Assembly: GCA_030264375.1 (NCBI GenBank)
Contig: JASCQW010000190.1
Span: forward strand, 98,978,714-99,042,713
DNA from: Carcharhinus longimanus
Lineage: Eukaryota
Reading direction: 5' to 3'
DNA length: 64,000 nt
Below, in pieces: positions 14,100 to 27,785 of this stretch (its first letter is position 1; each line of letters opens with the position of its first letter). A model generated the notes under the pieces. It saw nothing but the letters and a program-made list of their open reading frames with translations, did no database searches and was not told where the DNA came from. The position numbers were made by a program, and so were the translations under genes.

Positions 14100-14660
14100 A
14101 GTGATCCCCATGCTCCTCCATGCTTTAGAGACTTAGACAAATTAGACAAGGAACCTCAAAGCACTGGAAAAGTACCACCATATGCCTTTGCAAGACCTGC
14201 CAAACTCAGGACCAAGAAAGGCAGTCCAACAGCAGCATCTTCTTGCCAACTTGCTCTTTATTGAGCCACTAATGACTCAAAAACAGTTCCCCTAGGCAGG
14301 ACATGTACACCTGAACACCAGACCCGTGAAGCAACTGCTCTACTGGAATTCAATCACAGCAGGAGACTCTCAGGAGGACAGCAAAAAAGGCTCTAGGATG
14401 GCACCCCTGAAGAAGTCAAACATCCCTGCCAACGATTGGGAGTCCCTGGCTTGTGACCGATCAAAATGGAGAAGGCTCATAGATACTGAACACATCAAGA
14501 AGAATGTGCAAACACTAAGGTGAGGTATAGGCGGGAGTTCAAAACCCCCCAAACGTCTATCCAATTTTTCAAGCAACACTGCCCTCCATTTGGCAGAGTC
14601 TGCAGACCGAACAATGGACTTTTCAACCTCTCAGAGCCCATCTAACTAGAGGGCACCCAG
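14100..14660 (+). mobile_element. RTE-clade LINE 3' fragment
   Basis: LKALEKYH...KQLLY....G....LKKSNIP..DWESLA.DRSKWR matches the RTE/BovB-like C-terminus. Confidence 0.75.
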
Positions 14661-15227
14661 GCTGTTCTTGACAGAGCGTCTCTCTGAGAAGATACAGGCA
14701 GCACAGAAAAAAAAACCCAAATAACCTCCTTCTAGACTGCAAATTTCTATGATTCAAGATGTGTCACATCAATAGACTTTCAACAAAACAAATATTTGAA
14801 CTCAAGCCATGTTCGCACTGTCTATTTGACAATAACTTTACATTTATAAAGCGTATTTACATAGTAAAGATGAGGCACCTCACAGGACTGCCATGAGGCA
14901 AACATTAGACAACAGGCCATAAGGAGGTGACTAAAATCTTGGACAAGGAGATTGATTTTATGTATTTTAATTGGGAACAGTGTGCAGACAGCAAAGGTGG
15001 TGGGGGGTGGTTTAGAAATGGAATTCCAAGGGCAGAATTTTACTCTCCCTTCAAGGCATGTTCTGAGGTGGTGGGGAATGGGGTGGGGGTATAGTGGGGG
15101 ATACAAAAACCCCTGATTTCTGAGACTTTTCAAACAAAGTTTAAAATATATATACAATGTGCCTCATTTATATTTTATGAAGGTATTGTCTGTACAAACA
15201 CATATATAATCATTTTTGAACAATAGA

Positions 15228-15856
15228 TGTAAGCTATATTTTTGTATTTTCTTGTGAGCTTTGGTCAACAAGGAGTTTGCCCTTTGGTGTAATAGGAAAT
15301 GGGTTTAATTAGGCAGACCACATTCTTTTGGAACAATTAAGCACATAGCACAATACCTTATTATCAGGGGCAGGCCAGGCAGCTTTAAATTGAATTGTCA
15401 AGGCTTTTAAAATGAATATTCAGCCTCCATAGGAACATAAAATGTATAAGGACGATGGCTCCTTTAATGTTCTCAGAGCTGCAGGTGCTAAGAGCGACCC
15501 TGGAACCTACAGGACTTGCATAAGCAAAGTTACTAGGCAATGGGAGAGAAAGAGTCTATGGGGTCGGTTGACCAATGATTCCTAATTCTGCTGGAAGGTG
15601 GAATGCTATTGGCCGAAGTAAATAAAGTGTATTAGTGTAATTGGATCATCGACTTGGCTGACAAGTGGGGCGGGAAAATTGAATCTTCAGAAGTATGTAC
15701 CTGTTACGCGCATGTTACGTAACGTCAGAGAGAGGTTGGAATCCTCTGACTATTTCTCTCCCAATGCGTGTCAGTCAAATAAAGAACATCTTTAACTTCT
15801 TACTATCTCGCAAAATCTTTGTATTAGCTGGGTTTGGCTGAATACAAGATTCTGCA
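15228..15856 (+). mobile_element. Possible solo LTR
   Basis: Candidate TGT...GCA ends, LTR-like composition and AATAAA ~75 nt before the end; no TSD established. Confidence 0.3.
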
Positions 15857-15947
15857 GTGGGACATCCCAAGAAAATTCCCTTTATGGGGGATGGGGTTAC
15901 CACTGAATTACTCAACATTCAAACACTGATGGGTCGAGAACATATTA

Positions 15948-16270
15948 TGGGTGGCACAATGGTTCGCGCTGCTGCCTCACAGCACCAGGGACCTGGATTC
16001 TACTTCAGCCTTGGATCACTACTTGTGTGGAGTTCGCACATTCTCCTCATGTCTGTGTGGGTTTCCTCCGGGTGCTCCGGTTTCCTCCCACACTCCAAAA
16101 GTTGTGCAGGTTAGGTTGATTGGCCATGCTAAATTAACCCTAGTGTCAGGTGGAATAGCAGGGCAAATATAAGGAGTTACGGGAATAGGGTCTGGGTGGG
16201 GTTGTGGTCGGAGCAGACTCGATGGGCCCAATGGCCTCTTCCTGCACTGTAGGGTTTCCCAAATTCTATA
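15948..16270 (+). mobile_element. V-SINE, HE1-like (tail A)
   Basis: Colinear with 3808-4158, 44961-45280 and 47876-48198. Confidence 0.85.
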
Positions 16271-19200
16271 TTCCCTGGTTGTCCCAGGAATGAATCAAGG
16301 CTGGAAACATTTGAGATATTTTGAAATGAAAGTAATTCAATACCTAACTACACAACCTCATGGGCTCTAATTCCATCTGCTGTGAATTTAACCAAGTCTT
16401 ACCTGTGTTTTATGTGGCCAATTTATGTTTCAAATCCTGTGTCTGCTTCTTTGCTTTTGCAGGAATTATTTTTTATAGCTTTATATTTTGCACGGTTCTT
16501 TCAGGTCACTTCATAGAGGTCAGTAAAATGGTTGAGGGATAATAAAAGAAGAAAACAGCAAAATATTTAACTCTTGTGCTGTTTCTGTCCTACTATGGAG
16601 TGACAGATGGGAAGGATTTCTTGAGAGGTAATGGGACAGGACAGGGCAGGCTGTCATGGCACAGGGAAATCCTGAACAACATGGAGATACTGAGGCAAAA
16701 AATCTAATGGTGACTGATACATTGGAGGCTTCTACCAGGTACAAACCGTCAAAGGGCACGAGCCATTACATTTTACTATTTACAGATTAAATGCAGACTC
16801 ATAAACGCAGGATAAATTATTCACGTTGCTGGGGTGGCTGCATCACACCTCCCTCACAAACTGTACCAGATTCTTTTTACTCTCGCGATTTATTAACATA
16901 AACAAGTGCTGCGAGGCATGGGCATCTCATCAATCAAAGAAACTCAGCTAACGTACCTGTCACAATCCTGTCACCTCAAGCTGGAGCAAAAAAAACTACT
17001 GAAAATCACAACAAAATCCTAATGCAGTGCCTTGCCACCCCTGGGAACATGATGTGGAGATGCCTGCATTGGACTAGGGTAGACACAGCCTACCTCTGGG
17101 AACAAAGCAACTTCTTGTGATTCATGCTTTAATCCATGCACTCCCTTGAAACAATCTACTCATGTCCAGTTTTGGATTTTGTTTGGATTAGCACTGCATT
17201 ACCTTTTAATTTGATGTTTAATTTTCTTGATGTCAATTAGAACTGCCTTGCTCTTTCTTTCTCTCTCTCTCTCTCTCTTCCTCTCTCTCACTTCCTTTCA
17301 AAGGCCACCATAATCTCCACTTCAACCTATGATCACTGCATCCTGTTTGGTGGGATGAAAATTGATAGTGATGATGCATTAGGATTAAACTATAGCATGA
17401 GCTTTCTTTAAATATTGCACTCTCTGCAGGGTCTCCCATCACTGACCAAGTACAGGATCTATCTTTTTCAAGTGGTATCAAAGAATTCCATCTTGTCACT
17501 GATGAGGATATTGTTTGGCTCTGTGACAATGCATGTGCCAAAGAAGTGAATAAAACTGACAAATAGGTTCTTTAGATAAGTACCCAGCAATACCGGGTGC
17601 TTGAAAAATCTGTAATCCAGTTGAATAGCAGAAATGAGCTGCTATGGTTCATGGAACAAGCTCAGGTACTGGTGAGGTTTTGACTCCCCAGTGAATGTTA
17701 CAAACAAGTAACAACAATTTTCAGATAACTTCTAGTGATCATGGTTGTGGTAAAAAAAAGTCATGAATGGAGGAAATCCGTATATTTGTTTATAATTTCA
17801 ATTTGTAAATAAGCTCCTCAAATTTAAAGTGATTTTTATAGTCGCCTTGCCTGTCCCTTCACAAAGGCAGTCTTCTCCTCTTCTTTGGGACAAGTGGGAT
17901 AATTGTCGATTCTGAAACAAACAAGGGACGTTTGGCTAAACATAGGATTAGTCCTGGGAAAGAAAACATAAAGTTTAGGAAATGTGCAGCAGTTCTGGGA
18001 AGAGGGAAAGTGAGTTATCCAGATCACTCAGAAAATTGTGGGAAACACTAATTTGGAATGCTTCAAATGGAAGTCAGTCTGATTGATAATCTGGGCAGTC
18101 AGTTCTATGGGGATCCAGTCGATGAAGTTCGCAGTATGAAGTAAATCCACTTTGAGGTCATGGGGGGGGTGGTAATGTGATGGCCGATTGGGAATGGGGG
18201 CTGACATGGACATTGACTTGGAGAAGGAGAGAGATGGGGAGGGGGACAATGGAGGAAGAGGTGATCAATTGGAGGGGAGGGTGACTAGAGAGGCTTTCGA
18301 TCAGGGGAAGAAGGATTNNNNNNNNNNNNNNNNNNNNNNNNNNNNNNNNNNNNNNNNNNNNNNNNNNNNNNNNNNNNNNNNNNNNNNNNNNNNNNNNNNN
18401 NNNNNNNNNNNNNNNNNGGGGCTAGGGCGATGCGGAGATCGATGGTGTGGGCTGCTTGTGCTTGAGACCAAAGGTCAGGGACATGAAGTGGAAAGGCCAG
18501 ATGGGCAGAATCGCAGGCCTGAGGTGGAAGAATGGAGGCTCCAACAGGTGGAAGGGATTAGAGTTTGGAGAATGGGGGGAATCAATAGCGTCAGTGTGGG
18601 ATCAAGGGCCTTGGTGTAAGTGTTTGGGTGGGACGAGGTGGAGGGGGAGGGGGGGGAATGGGGTATTGTTGTCCGGTCACATTGGTTTCTTACCTAGGAA
18701 GAAAACAAACAGTAAAATTAGGCAATAAGAATACAGGTTAGAAATATTTGTTTCTTCTAGATAGGCAGGCACTTGGATCTACATGGAGACCACACCTGAA
18801 TCTATCAAGTCCTTTGAAGCTGCAATATCCCGTAGCACACTTAAACCCAACTGACTGCAGCTAGAGTCCAAAACGTGAAGCACATTAGGGCTTGCAGATG
18901 CATTATCATAATTAAGGTTCCAAACTGCCTCCTTTGGAGTGGTTTGTTTGTTCAGCCACGTTCTAGCCTCAGTTAATACCAGCCAAGGCAGTTAATGCCT
19001 TGTTTTTTGGTTAAAGCACACTCCAATATTTCTGGTATTGCCTAAGCCTTGAGGTAGTTGCAGCATTTTCTGTTAATTTCAGATTTCCACCATCTGACAT
19101 ATTTTGCTTTTGTGGTCGGAGTCAATTTGTGAATTCAACATAATTGAAGCTCGAGCAAACTACCGACGCATTGTGAGATTATTTAATGTTATGAGACCTG

Positions 19201-19604
19201 AATCAGATTACACATAGTTGTGAGCATAGTGGGCTGTGGGTCTAACAACAAGAAGACTAATGAGCAAGAAAAGACGTAGAATAATTAGTCATGTCCCACT
19301 TAAGAAATAACAGAAAATCTAACAAGCAGGCGAGCCTTGGAAGCAATCAGAATCACAACCTCTTTGTGCTAGTCAGGCTAACATGAAGGAGAAAGGAAAA
19401 AGAATTATAACACAGGTCTTCATCAAACAAATTGACATCTGGCAATCAAAAGCTTGATGCAAGCTTGTCTGACTGACAGACACTTTGGAAGAGATTTATG
19501 TGTTTGAGTTTATCCTTTTAACATTCATTACATATTTCACAAATTTACTAAAGTTTTAAAGTTTAAATGAAGGCCGGGCACCATCTCCAAAGACAAAAGA
19601 AAAT

Positions 19605-19862
19605 TGAAGTTACTGTGGAAATCCCCTGGTCGCCACACTCCAGCCCCTGTGCGAGTACATTGAGGGAGAATTCAGCATGACCAATGTATCTAACCAACCC
19701 ATCTTTTGGATTGTAGGAGGAAATCAGAGTACCTAGAGAAAACCCACACAGACACAGGGAGAACATGCAGACTCTGCACAGACAGTGATACATGCCAAGA
19801 ACCGAATCCGGGTCCCTGGCACTGTGAGGCAGCACTACTAACCATTGTATCAACTGTGCCAC
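19605..19862 (-). mobile_element. V-SINE (tail B, 3' truncated)
   Basis: Reverse complement is colinear with 62017-62313. Confidence 0.85.
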
Positions 19863-21926
19863 CTTTACTACTAACTGTTGGTTATATAAGTATCTTAATT
19901 GAATTTAATTTATCCAAAGAGAGAGAGAGAAGCTTTCAAGTACCTGATAGAAAACTTCCTTGAAAGAACAGAAAATCAAGGGAAATTAAAAGAATCTGAG
20001 ACAATTCGGGAGATACTGGCTGAACTTAATCAAACAGAATTAAACGCTGTACATCTAATTGTTCTCACATGAATGTCCCAAGGTGTTTATGAGGCACTTC
20101 CGAGGAAAATTAAACAAAAGATGCTTAATGCTTGGCCTTTTCACGATTGCACTCAGCTTCTATTTCTATTCTGTTGTGAGCTTAATTCTTCCTTGTATCT
20201 TTAAATCAGGAGTTAAGTGGATTGATGTGACATCAAGCGACCCCCATATCTGCCAGCTGCAAGTCATTCAGAATGAGTGCCTGGGTTTACAATCTATATT
20301 TAAGGAATCCTTTATGCTGGAAAGGCAATGGCCTGAGTTGGCAAACTGGTCAGAACTCAATGACAGAAGATGCTCAACCAAACTTGAGGGCTCATGCAGT
20401 CTCCTTGTGGGAGTCATTACATGGCTCCTTTGCACTAGATTCCACTAGACAAGGGCCTACTCCTGCCCCAATGTCTAGACTCATTCCAGGGAGACATTAG
20501 AGGCACATGTAACATCAGGGAATCTGCAATATATAAATGTATCCAATAAGCGAACTTCCTATGGAGTTCAGGAAGGTACAATCTAAGCACCAGGCTTTTT
20601 GTAACTGGCTGGTTTTCCCAAAATGCAGAAGCTTTTGGGCCCCTCTTGACAGAAGAAAAGGAAAGAGTTTGCAACTTCCTAGCTCCAGTCCAGTGTAGCG
20701 GGGGGGCACTCAAAAATGCACAGGGGAAACACCCTCCACACCACCACCCCCCAACCCTTCCCATGATAGTTCCCAGGTAAAGATTGCATGGTAATTGCCC
20801 TGGAAGTTCAACTTTCCAACGGACACTTGACCTGCTCTGGGAACCATGTAAAAATGTAATTTAAATCGCAAACATTGGATAGTTACAATTGTCTTAAATC
20901 TACAGTTATCCAGAAACAATTAGAAGAATTAAAACAACTTCTATCTTCTGGGTCACTGTGGTCGTNNNNNNNNNNNNNNNNNNNNNNNNNNNNNNNNNNN
21001 NNNNNNNNNNNNNNNNNNNNNNNNNNNNNNNNNNNNNNNNNNNNNNNNNNNNNNNNNNNNNNNNNTCCATTGACTTTCAGTGAGACCAGGTGATCCTGGT
21101 AGTGAGTGGGGCTGTAAAATGTTGCACAAGGCTCTGAATGGGTGCACACGCCTGATAACCTGGTGAAAATTTGGATAACTAACTAAAGGTGGCAGGGTAT
21201 ATTCAGGGATGAATACCATTATGATATAAAATCAGTAGAAGTGTGCATCTTTAAATGACAATTTTTAAAAAAAGCTTAATATGAAGTAATCATAAAATAA
21301 TTTTTTTTAGGATAAGCAAAACATTTCTATTTTAACAAGCATAGGAGGGAAAAATGCATTCTAACAATTAGGGTTTATAAGGAGGTTAGAGGAATTGCGT
21401 CTTTTGGGTGTCCTGTTCTGAAGTCTGCCTGACAGTAAGCCTGGAGTGGTTTGATTGCTAGAGATCAAAAGGAAGCCTAAGAGTGCTTTACTGGGAAGAC
21501 GATGCAAGATTGAGGAGGTTAGAGACAGTGGCAGCAGCCTATGTATTAACAGTGAAAAACTGTGATCCCCAAGGTCCTAGAGAAATATTGAGAATGCTGG
21601 GCTGCAAATGGCTGTGCTTAAAACTATCCATTTAATTCCAAAAAGAAAGTAAGTTAACCTCTCAAGGATAGATAATTAACATACCCAGATTGCAAGGCCC
21701 ACATGATGCCGTGGGGCTGGATGCAGAGGAAGTCACTGAAAATATCAGGTTACAGATTTTCCTAGACTATCACTGAATATCACAATCAGTGATTTTAGCC
21801 TGCCTGGATCCGGGAGGGAGCAGGTAGAAACCAAAAGATTTCCGGGGTTAACCCGCAGGATCATGCTTGGACATTTATGATCAGATTAAAAACAACATAT
21901 TTGTGGGAAGTTAAAAAAACGTTTAT

Positions 21927-22175
21927 TAAAGTTTATTTATTTGTCAAAAGTAAGCCTTACGTTAACACTGCAATGAAGTTACTGTGAAATTCCTCTAGTC
22001 ACCACAGTCCGGCACCTGTTCAGGTCAATGCACTTAACCAGCACATCTTTCAGAATGTGGGAGGAAACCACATAGACAGGGGGAGAACATGCAAACTCCA
22101 CACAGACAGTGACCCAAGCCAGGAATTGAACCCAGGTCCCGAGTACTGTGAGGCAATAGTGCTAACCATTGCATC
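21927..22175 (-). mobile_element. V-SINE (tail B)
   Basis: Reverse complement is colinear with 1176-1430. Confidence 0.85.
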
Positions 22176-23696
22176 ATCGTGGATCTTCATTTGGCACCAG
22201 GGAGGATTATTGCATAGTCACATTCTCGATTCTGTCAGATCCTTTCATTATAAATACCTTTTTTATTATTGGCAATAAATCGAACCACAGAGAGTCACCC
22301 TTGATTGATTACAGTAACTAATGTGCTGACCTCCCACAACCTTCCATCAGAAACTGCTTCACACTCTCAGACCTCACATGGGATGCATCCCCCCTCCCCA
22401 TCATATTCCCTCCCCTCAACTGCTCTTGAGACCCCTAAAGTCTCCCTAGCCTCCCACTCGAATACACTCTGACATTTCCATGGAATGCCTCTACCCTCTC
22501 TGACCCACATGGGTCCTCTCAAATGCAATCCCCCCCCCCTCAACTACACCTGACTTTACCAGAAGTCGCTTAACAATTCCCTCAGTAATTCCGACTTGCT
22601 CCAGAGAGCAAATCATTCACCAGGCTCGTGGGATCTATTTTCCTGATCTCATATTGTGCACAAAACTATTTCCTCCATCCACCCCACAGAGCAGCTTTCA
22701 GCTTCCAGTTCCTTCTCTTTACTTCTGGAGAATCCTGTGCACTGCTGCTGAGTATGTCATTGAATCTGCTAGCCTCTGATTTCCTAGAAAGGCTCAGCTT
22801 CTGCTTTCAAAATGTCTGATGTTCCAAGACCTTCTCAAAGGTTTTAAAGTTTAATAGGCCAATTTTGTTAAGCAATCAACCATATTAGTGGAACTGTGCA
22901 CAATCATTCCAACAATGCTCCTTATACTATGGGCAAGTGTTAAATGGAGATTACACCTTGCCTAAGATCTAATTGTTATGGTTCAGGTCAGAAACTCTAA
23001 AGTATTTTGTGCAGCCCACTTGGATCATAGGTTTTAGCCTTTTGAATTTGGCTAGGGTAAGCAAGAGACATTTCACTTTGAGTATGATTCAAGTGACCCA
23101 CTCGGAAGTTTTATCAAATAAACCATTGTTGATTGTCGTAAAATCCATCTGGTTCACTAATGTCCCTTTAGGGAAGGAAATCTGCTGTACTTACCCGGTC
23201 TGGCCTACATGTGACTCCAGAGCCACAACAAGGTGGTTGACTCTCAACTGCCATCAGGCAACAAAGGATTGGCAATAAATGCTGGCCAGCCAGCGATGCC
23301 CATATCCCATGAATTAATTAAAAAACAACAAAGTTTATATCAGAATATAGTTAACATGTATAGTAAGAAAATTAGCAAGAACTTTTACCAATTACAAATA
23401 AGAAACAGAATAAATACTATAATGTATAACCCTTAACAGATATATCTAATTTTTTTCCAATAAAACCAATCCCATTGACAAAAGACCCTTTTCACAGGCT
23501 TAACACAACAGAGATTAATGCTCATGTGATACTGAACTTGATACCTTTGGATGAAGTCTGCACTTCTCTGTATAGACTCGGAACAATTTGAAGTCAGAAC
23601 AACTTCCCAGACCAGGGAGACTCTGGTCAAGACACTAAAAGCAGATTTTCTACTCCAGGAAGGTTTTCAACTAAACAGCGGAATTTCCCAAAACCA

Positions 23697-24296
23697 GGCA
23701 TGGTCGCTCAGTGATTAGCACTGCTGCTTCACAGTGCCAGAGACCTGGGTTTCATTCCAAGCTTAGGGTTTTGTCTATGTGGAACAAAGAACATTACAGC
23801 ACAGGAATAATTTCTTTGGCCTTTCAAGCCTGCAGCAACCATGCTGCCCAACTGAACTAAAACCCCATACCCTTCCAGGGACCATATCCTTCTATTCCAA
23901 TCCTGTTCATGTATTTGTCCAGATGTCCCTTAAAAGTCACTTTCGTATCTGCTTCCACTACGTGTCCCAGCAGCAAGTTCCAGGCACCCATCACTCTTTG
24001 TATACAAACCTTGCCTCATACATCTCCTTTAAACCTTGCACCTCACACCTTAATCTTATGCCCCCGAGGAATTGACTCTTCCACCTTGGAATTTGCACCT
24101 TCTCCCCATGTCTGCGTGTGTCTGCGTGGGTTTCCTCCGGGTGCTCCAGTTTCCACCCATAGTCCGAAAGGTATGCTGGTTAGGTGCATTGACCCAAACA
24201 GGTGCCAGATTATGATGACTCCGGGAATTTCACAGTAACTTCATTGTAATGATAATATAAGCCTTATTTGTGACTAATAAATAAACTTTAACTTTA
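23697..24296 (+). mobile_element. V-SINE (tail B) interrupted by an antisense CR1 3' fragment (23785-24086)
   Basis: The SINE head ends ...TCTATGTGGAA and resumes TGGAATTTGCACCTTCTCCCC; TGGAA is duplicated at 23780-23784 and 24087-24091. Confidence 0.8.
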
Positions 24297-24779
24297 ACAG
24301 GATGAGAGAGAGAGAAAGAGAGAGAGAAATTGCTTTCAGTCTGATGTCCACTCCCTTCTAAAACTAAAACTCAAGCCTGCAGTTCCAAACTGAAAATGAA
24401 AAAGAAACTCCTATCGCTGAACCTGCCAACCAGTTTTTCTCCTAACAATGCAGAGTCATGAACATCCCAGTAAAAATAAACAAATCCCCATTTAAGCAGC
24501 ACTAAAAGACTCTCGTAGACAGCCTGGCAATAATGAGAAAAACAAACTGAAGCTGTGAGCTGAGGAACACTGAAGTTGTGAGAGCTGCAGAGATCATGAT
24601 TAAAAAAAGACTTTCTTAAATGTATACTAATATCACACTAATCCCATGACAAATATATAGGAATTCCAGCCCATTGTTTCCCCATCAATTCTGGTGAATT
24701 CCAATCTTACTTTAAATTTATTACTTTTCATCTGACTCAATTCTCTTGTCTTTAGAGATGGTATCCTGCCTTCACATGT

Positions 24780-25690
24780 TCATAAAATCATAGAATTGCT
24801 CAGCCATCTCACTTGGCAGTACATTCCAAGCCCCCACCATCCTCTGTGTAAAAAATTTCCCCCGCATATCTCCACTGAGCCTCTCCCCCCTTACCTTGAA
24901 CTAATCCTTCCTTGTAAGTGTCATTTTTGCCCTGGGAAAANNNNNNNNNNNNNNNNNNNNNNNNNNNNNNNNNNNNNNNNNNNNNNNNNNNNNNNNNNNN
25001 NNNNNNNNNNNNNNNNNNNNNNNNNNNNNNNNNNNNNNNNNNNNNNNNNNNNNNNNNNNNNNNNNNNNNNNNNNNNNNNNNNNNNNNNNNNNNNNNNNNN
25101 NNNNNNNNNNNNNNNNNNNNNNNNNNNNNNNNNNNNNNNNNNNNNNNNNNNNNNNNNNNNNNNNNNNNNNNNNNNNNNNNNNNNNNNNNNNNNNNNNNNN
25201 NNNNNNNNNNNNNNNNNNNNNNNNNNNNNNNNNNNNNNNNNNNNNNNNNNNNNNNNNNNNNNNNNNNNNNNNNNNNNNNNNNNNNNNNNNNNNNNNNNNN
25301 NNNNNNNNNNNNNNNNNNNNNNNNNNNNNNNNNNNNNNNNNNNNNNNNNNNNNNNNNNNNNNNNNNNNNNNNNNNNNNNNNNCTTGTCAATTTGGCACTT
25401 TTGGGAGAATTGCCCTCGGTATTCCAAATGTGGCCTAACCAATGTCTTATATAACTGTGACATAATTTGCCAAATTTTAAACTCGATGCCAAAGAAAGGC
25501 AAGCTTTCTTCACCACCTTTTCCAACTGTGCTGCCACGTTTAAGGGTCTATGGGCCTGTACTCCCAGATCTCTGTGTGTCTATGCACCTGATGGTGCTGC
25601 CATTTATCTTATGGCTCCCACCTGAGTTAGATCTGCCAAAATGCATCAGCTCGCATTTTTCTGGATTAAATTCCATCTGCCATTTTAGTA
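24780..25690 (-). mobile_element. CR1 ORF2 3' fragment (gapped)
   Basis: QLEKVVKKA..; IEFK...IM.QLYKTLVRPHLEY..QF. Confidence 0.85.
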
Positions 25691-26954
25691 TCTCTCTCAT
25701 GTGCATGGAACTGTGCTTTTTTTTGTGCAGTTTGAAAATTATTTTTTGCCAGGGCTTAGCTTTGAAGATCCCAGAATCAATATGTGAAAGTAACCTTTTC
25801 TACTTCATCCTGACCAATGAAAAATATCTTATTTTCTATTGTAAATCTATAAGCAATCTTTCTGTTACGGGGCTTCATAAACATGTTATTGCAGAACTCT
25901 TCCGAAGAGGTGGCGAATACTCGGTTCTTAGATTGCTGTAGTGACTGCATGTCTTTTGTTACATCTTGTACCACAAATCAATAATTTAGGTCACTGGCAG
26001 GGTTGGAATACCATTCACTTCATTATAAGTGAGGAGGTCAATCCTGTTGAGGAAAAAACTCAAGCTTAAAAGTAATTTACCTGCTAAAAATGAATTGATT
26101 TGATATCTAGATAAATAACATTCAATTTTTGCGGTATTTGGGTACAAAATGAAGGAAAATAAGCACTTTTACTCTCATTTAATTGAAATCTGTCTTGGAC
26201 AGGGCATTCTGTCTTTATCAGATGTTGTATTGATTTTGCACACTTTAATGCCTTCAGAGGAGAGGAAATTTGAAGTGAGTTTTGTGTAAATCTCTGAAGG
26301 ATTGCTGAATTTGCTAATGCAAATGCCAATCATGAGTTCACCACAGTATCAAAAGATTACATCAAAAATTGCAGTACACTCAGAGATTTGCAATCCACTG
26401 TCAACCCTCATTCACCAAACCCCTTATCGTAATGCATCTTAGTTTTAATAAGGAGTCCATTCAAAATGGCTTGATTGGTCTGGTAATGAGAAAACATTTA
26501 CAACAAGGTAAAATTGATATTTCCTTTTTCCCCTTACTATTCATTTTCTCCTGAAGGCAATGACTCTTTAACCGGGTATAGTTCCAGAGGCATCATGCAG
26601 CTTACTGTTCTTTACCAAGTTGGCAATTATTCATATGTCAAGCTTGTTAGTGGATGTTGACAGTTGACTTAACCATACTGAGGGGCCAAGTCATATTGGG
26701 GAATATCTAAAACTTTACCCATCATGGAATAGGGGTGTGATGAAAAGCAGCAGCCTATCGACCAGATGTATTATGCAAAGCCTCCAAGTTACCATAGTAG
26801 GTATCTTCAAATGTAAAAGTGCCCCATCTTGTTCTGCCATTTCTTGTTGTAGGATTGGTATGCTTGCACTAAACAAAAGAATGCAACATGCCAAAGCTGA
26901 GTTTGATGTATAATCATCCTATGTCGGGAACCTGAGGACTGAGTTGCTAATTCA

Positions 26955-27785
26955 TGTTGGCAAGAAGCCATCAATCCCAAACATTTCTAATTTGCTCACC
27001 AACCTACCATGTGACACTATATCAAATGCTTTCTGAATAACTAAATATACAACATCCAGAGCATTAACCTCATCCACTGCCTGTGTCACCTTGCCAAAGA
27101 ACTCAATTAAATTTGTCAAACATGACCTGCCCTTGACAAAGTCATGTTGACTGTCTACCATTGACTTTTTTTTTCTCTAGTGTATATTTATCTTATCCCA
27201 TATTATAACCTCAATCAATTTCTCAACTATTAGTGTCAAGCTGACAGGTCTGTAGTTTTCTACATTATCCTTTGTGCCTTGCTTAAACAACTGCATCACA
27301 TTTGCAATCCTCCAATACCCTGGGATAAATCCTGTGTTCAGGGACGTCTGGAAAGCTTCTATCAACGTCTCCACAATTTGCTCCCTTACTTCTCTCCACA
27401 ATCTAGGATGCATCCCATCCAGGCCTGACGACTTCTTTACCTGGAGTGCTGCCGGCCATTTTTGACACATTTTCATTATCCATCACTATACTGTTCAGTT
27501 GCTCAACACCCACGTTTTCAACTGGGCCATTGTCGCCTTTTTCTAATTTGGTAAAGACAGAAGCAGAGATCTCATTTCGTACCTCTGCCACACCGTCCTC
27601 TTCAGTGAGCAGCTTACCCTGCTTGTCCGATATGGGCCTCACTCTATCCTTCGCTAATATTTTGCCATTAGCATATTTGAAGAACATTTTCCTATTTGTT
27701 TTAGTACAGCTTGCCATCCATCCCTCAGGCTTCCTCTAAGCCTTCCTGATTCCAGCCTTAGCTTTTCTCCTGCATTTGTTGTGAG
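26955..27785 (-). mobile_element. CR1 ORF2 reverse transcriptase fragment
   Basis: KSSGLDGMHPR, WRIANV..LFK.G....NYRPVSLT, QHDFVKGRSCLTNLIEFF, DVVYL..QKAFD.V.H.RL; frameshifted. Confidence 0.9.

Noticed and set aside
18150-18670. G-rich tract with G-quadruplex potential
   Set aside because: Resembles the GC-rich interior of the non-autonomous elements (compare 6800-7450) and is broken by a gap; no evidence of a specific function.
24796-25941. Long ORFs spanning N runs (also 38907-39612 and other gaps)
   Set aside because: Their length is an artefact of translating assembly gaps.
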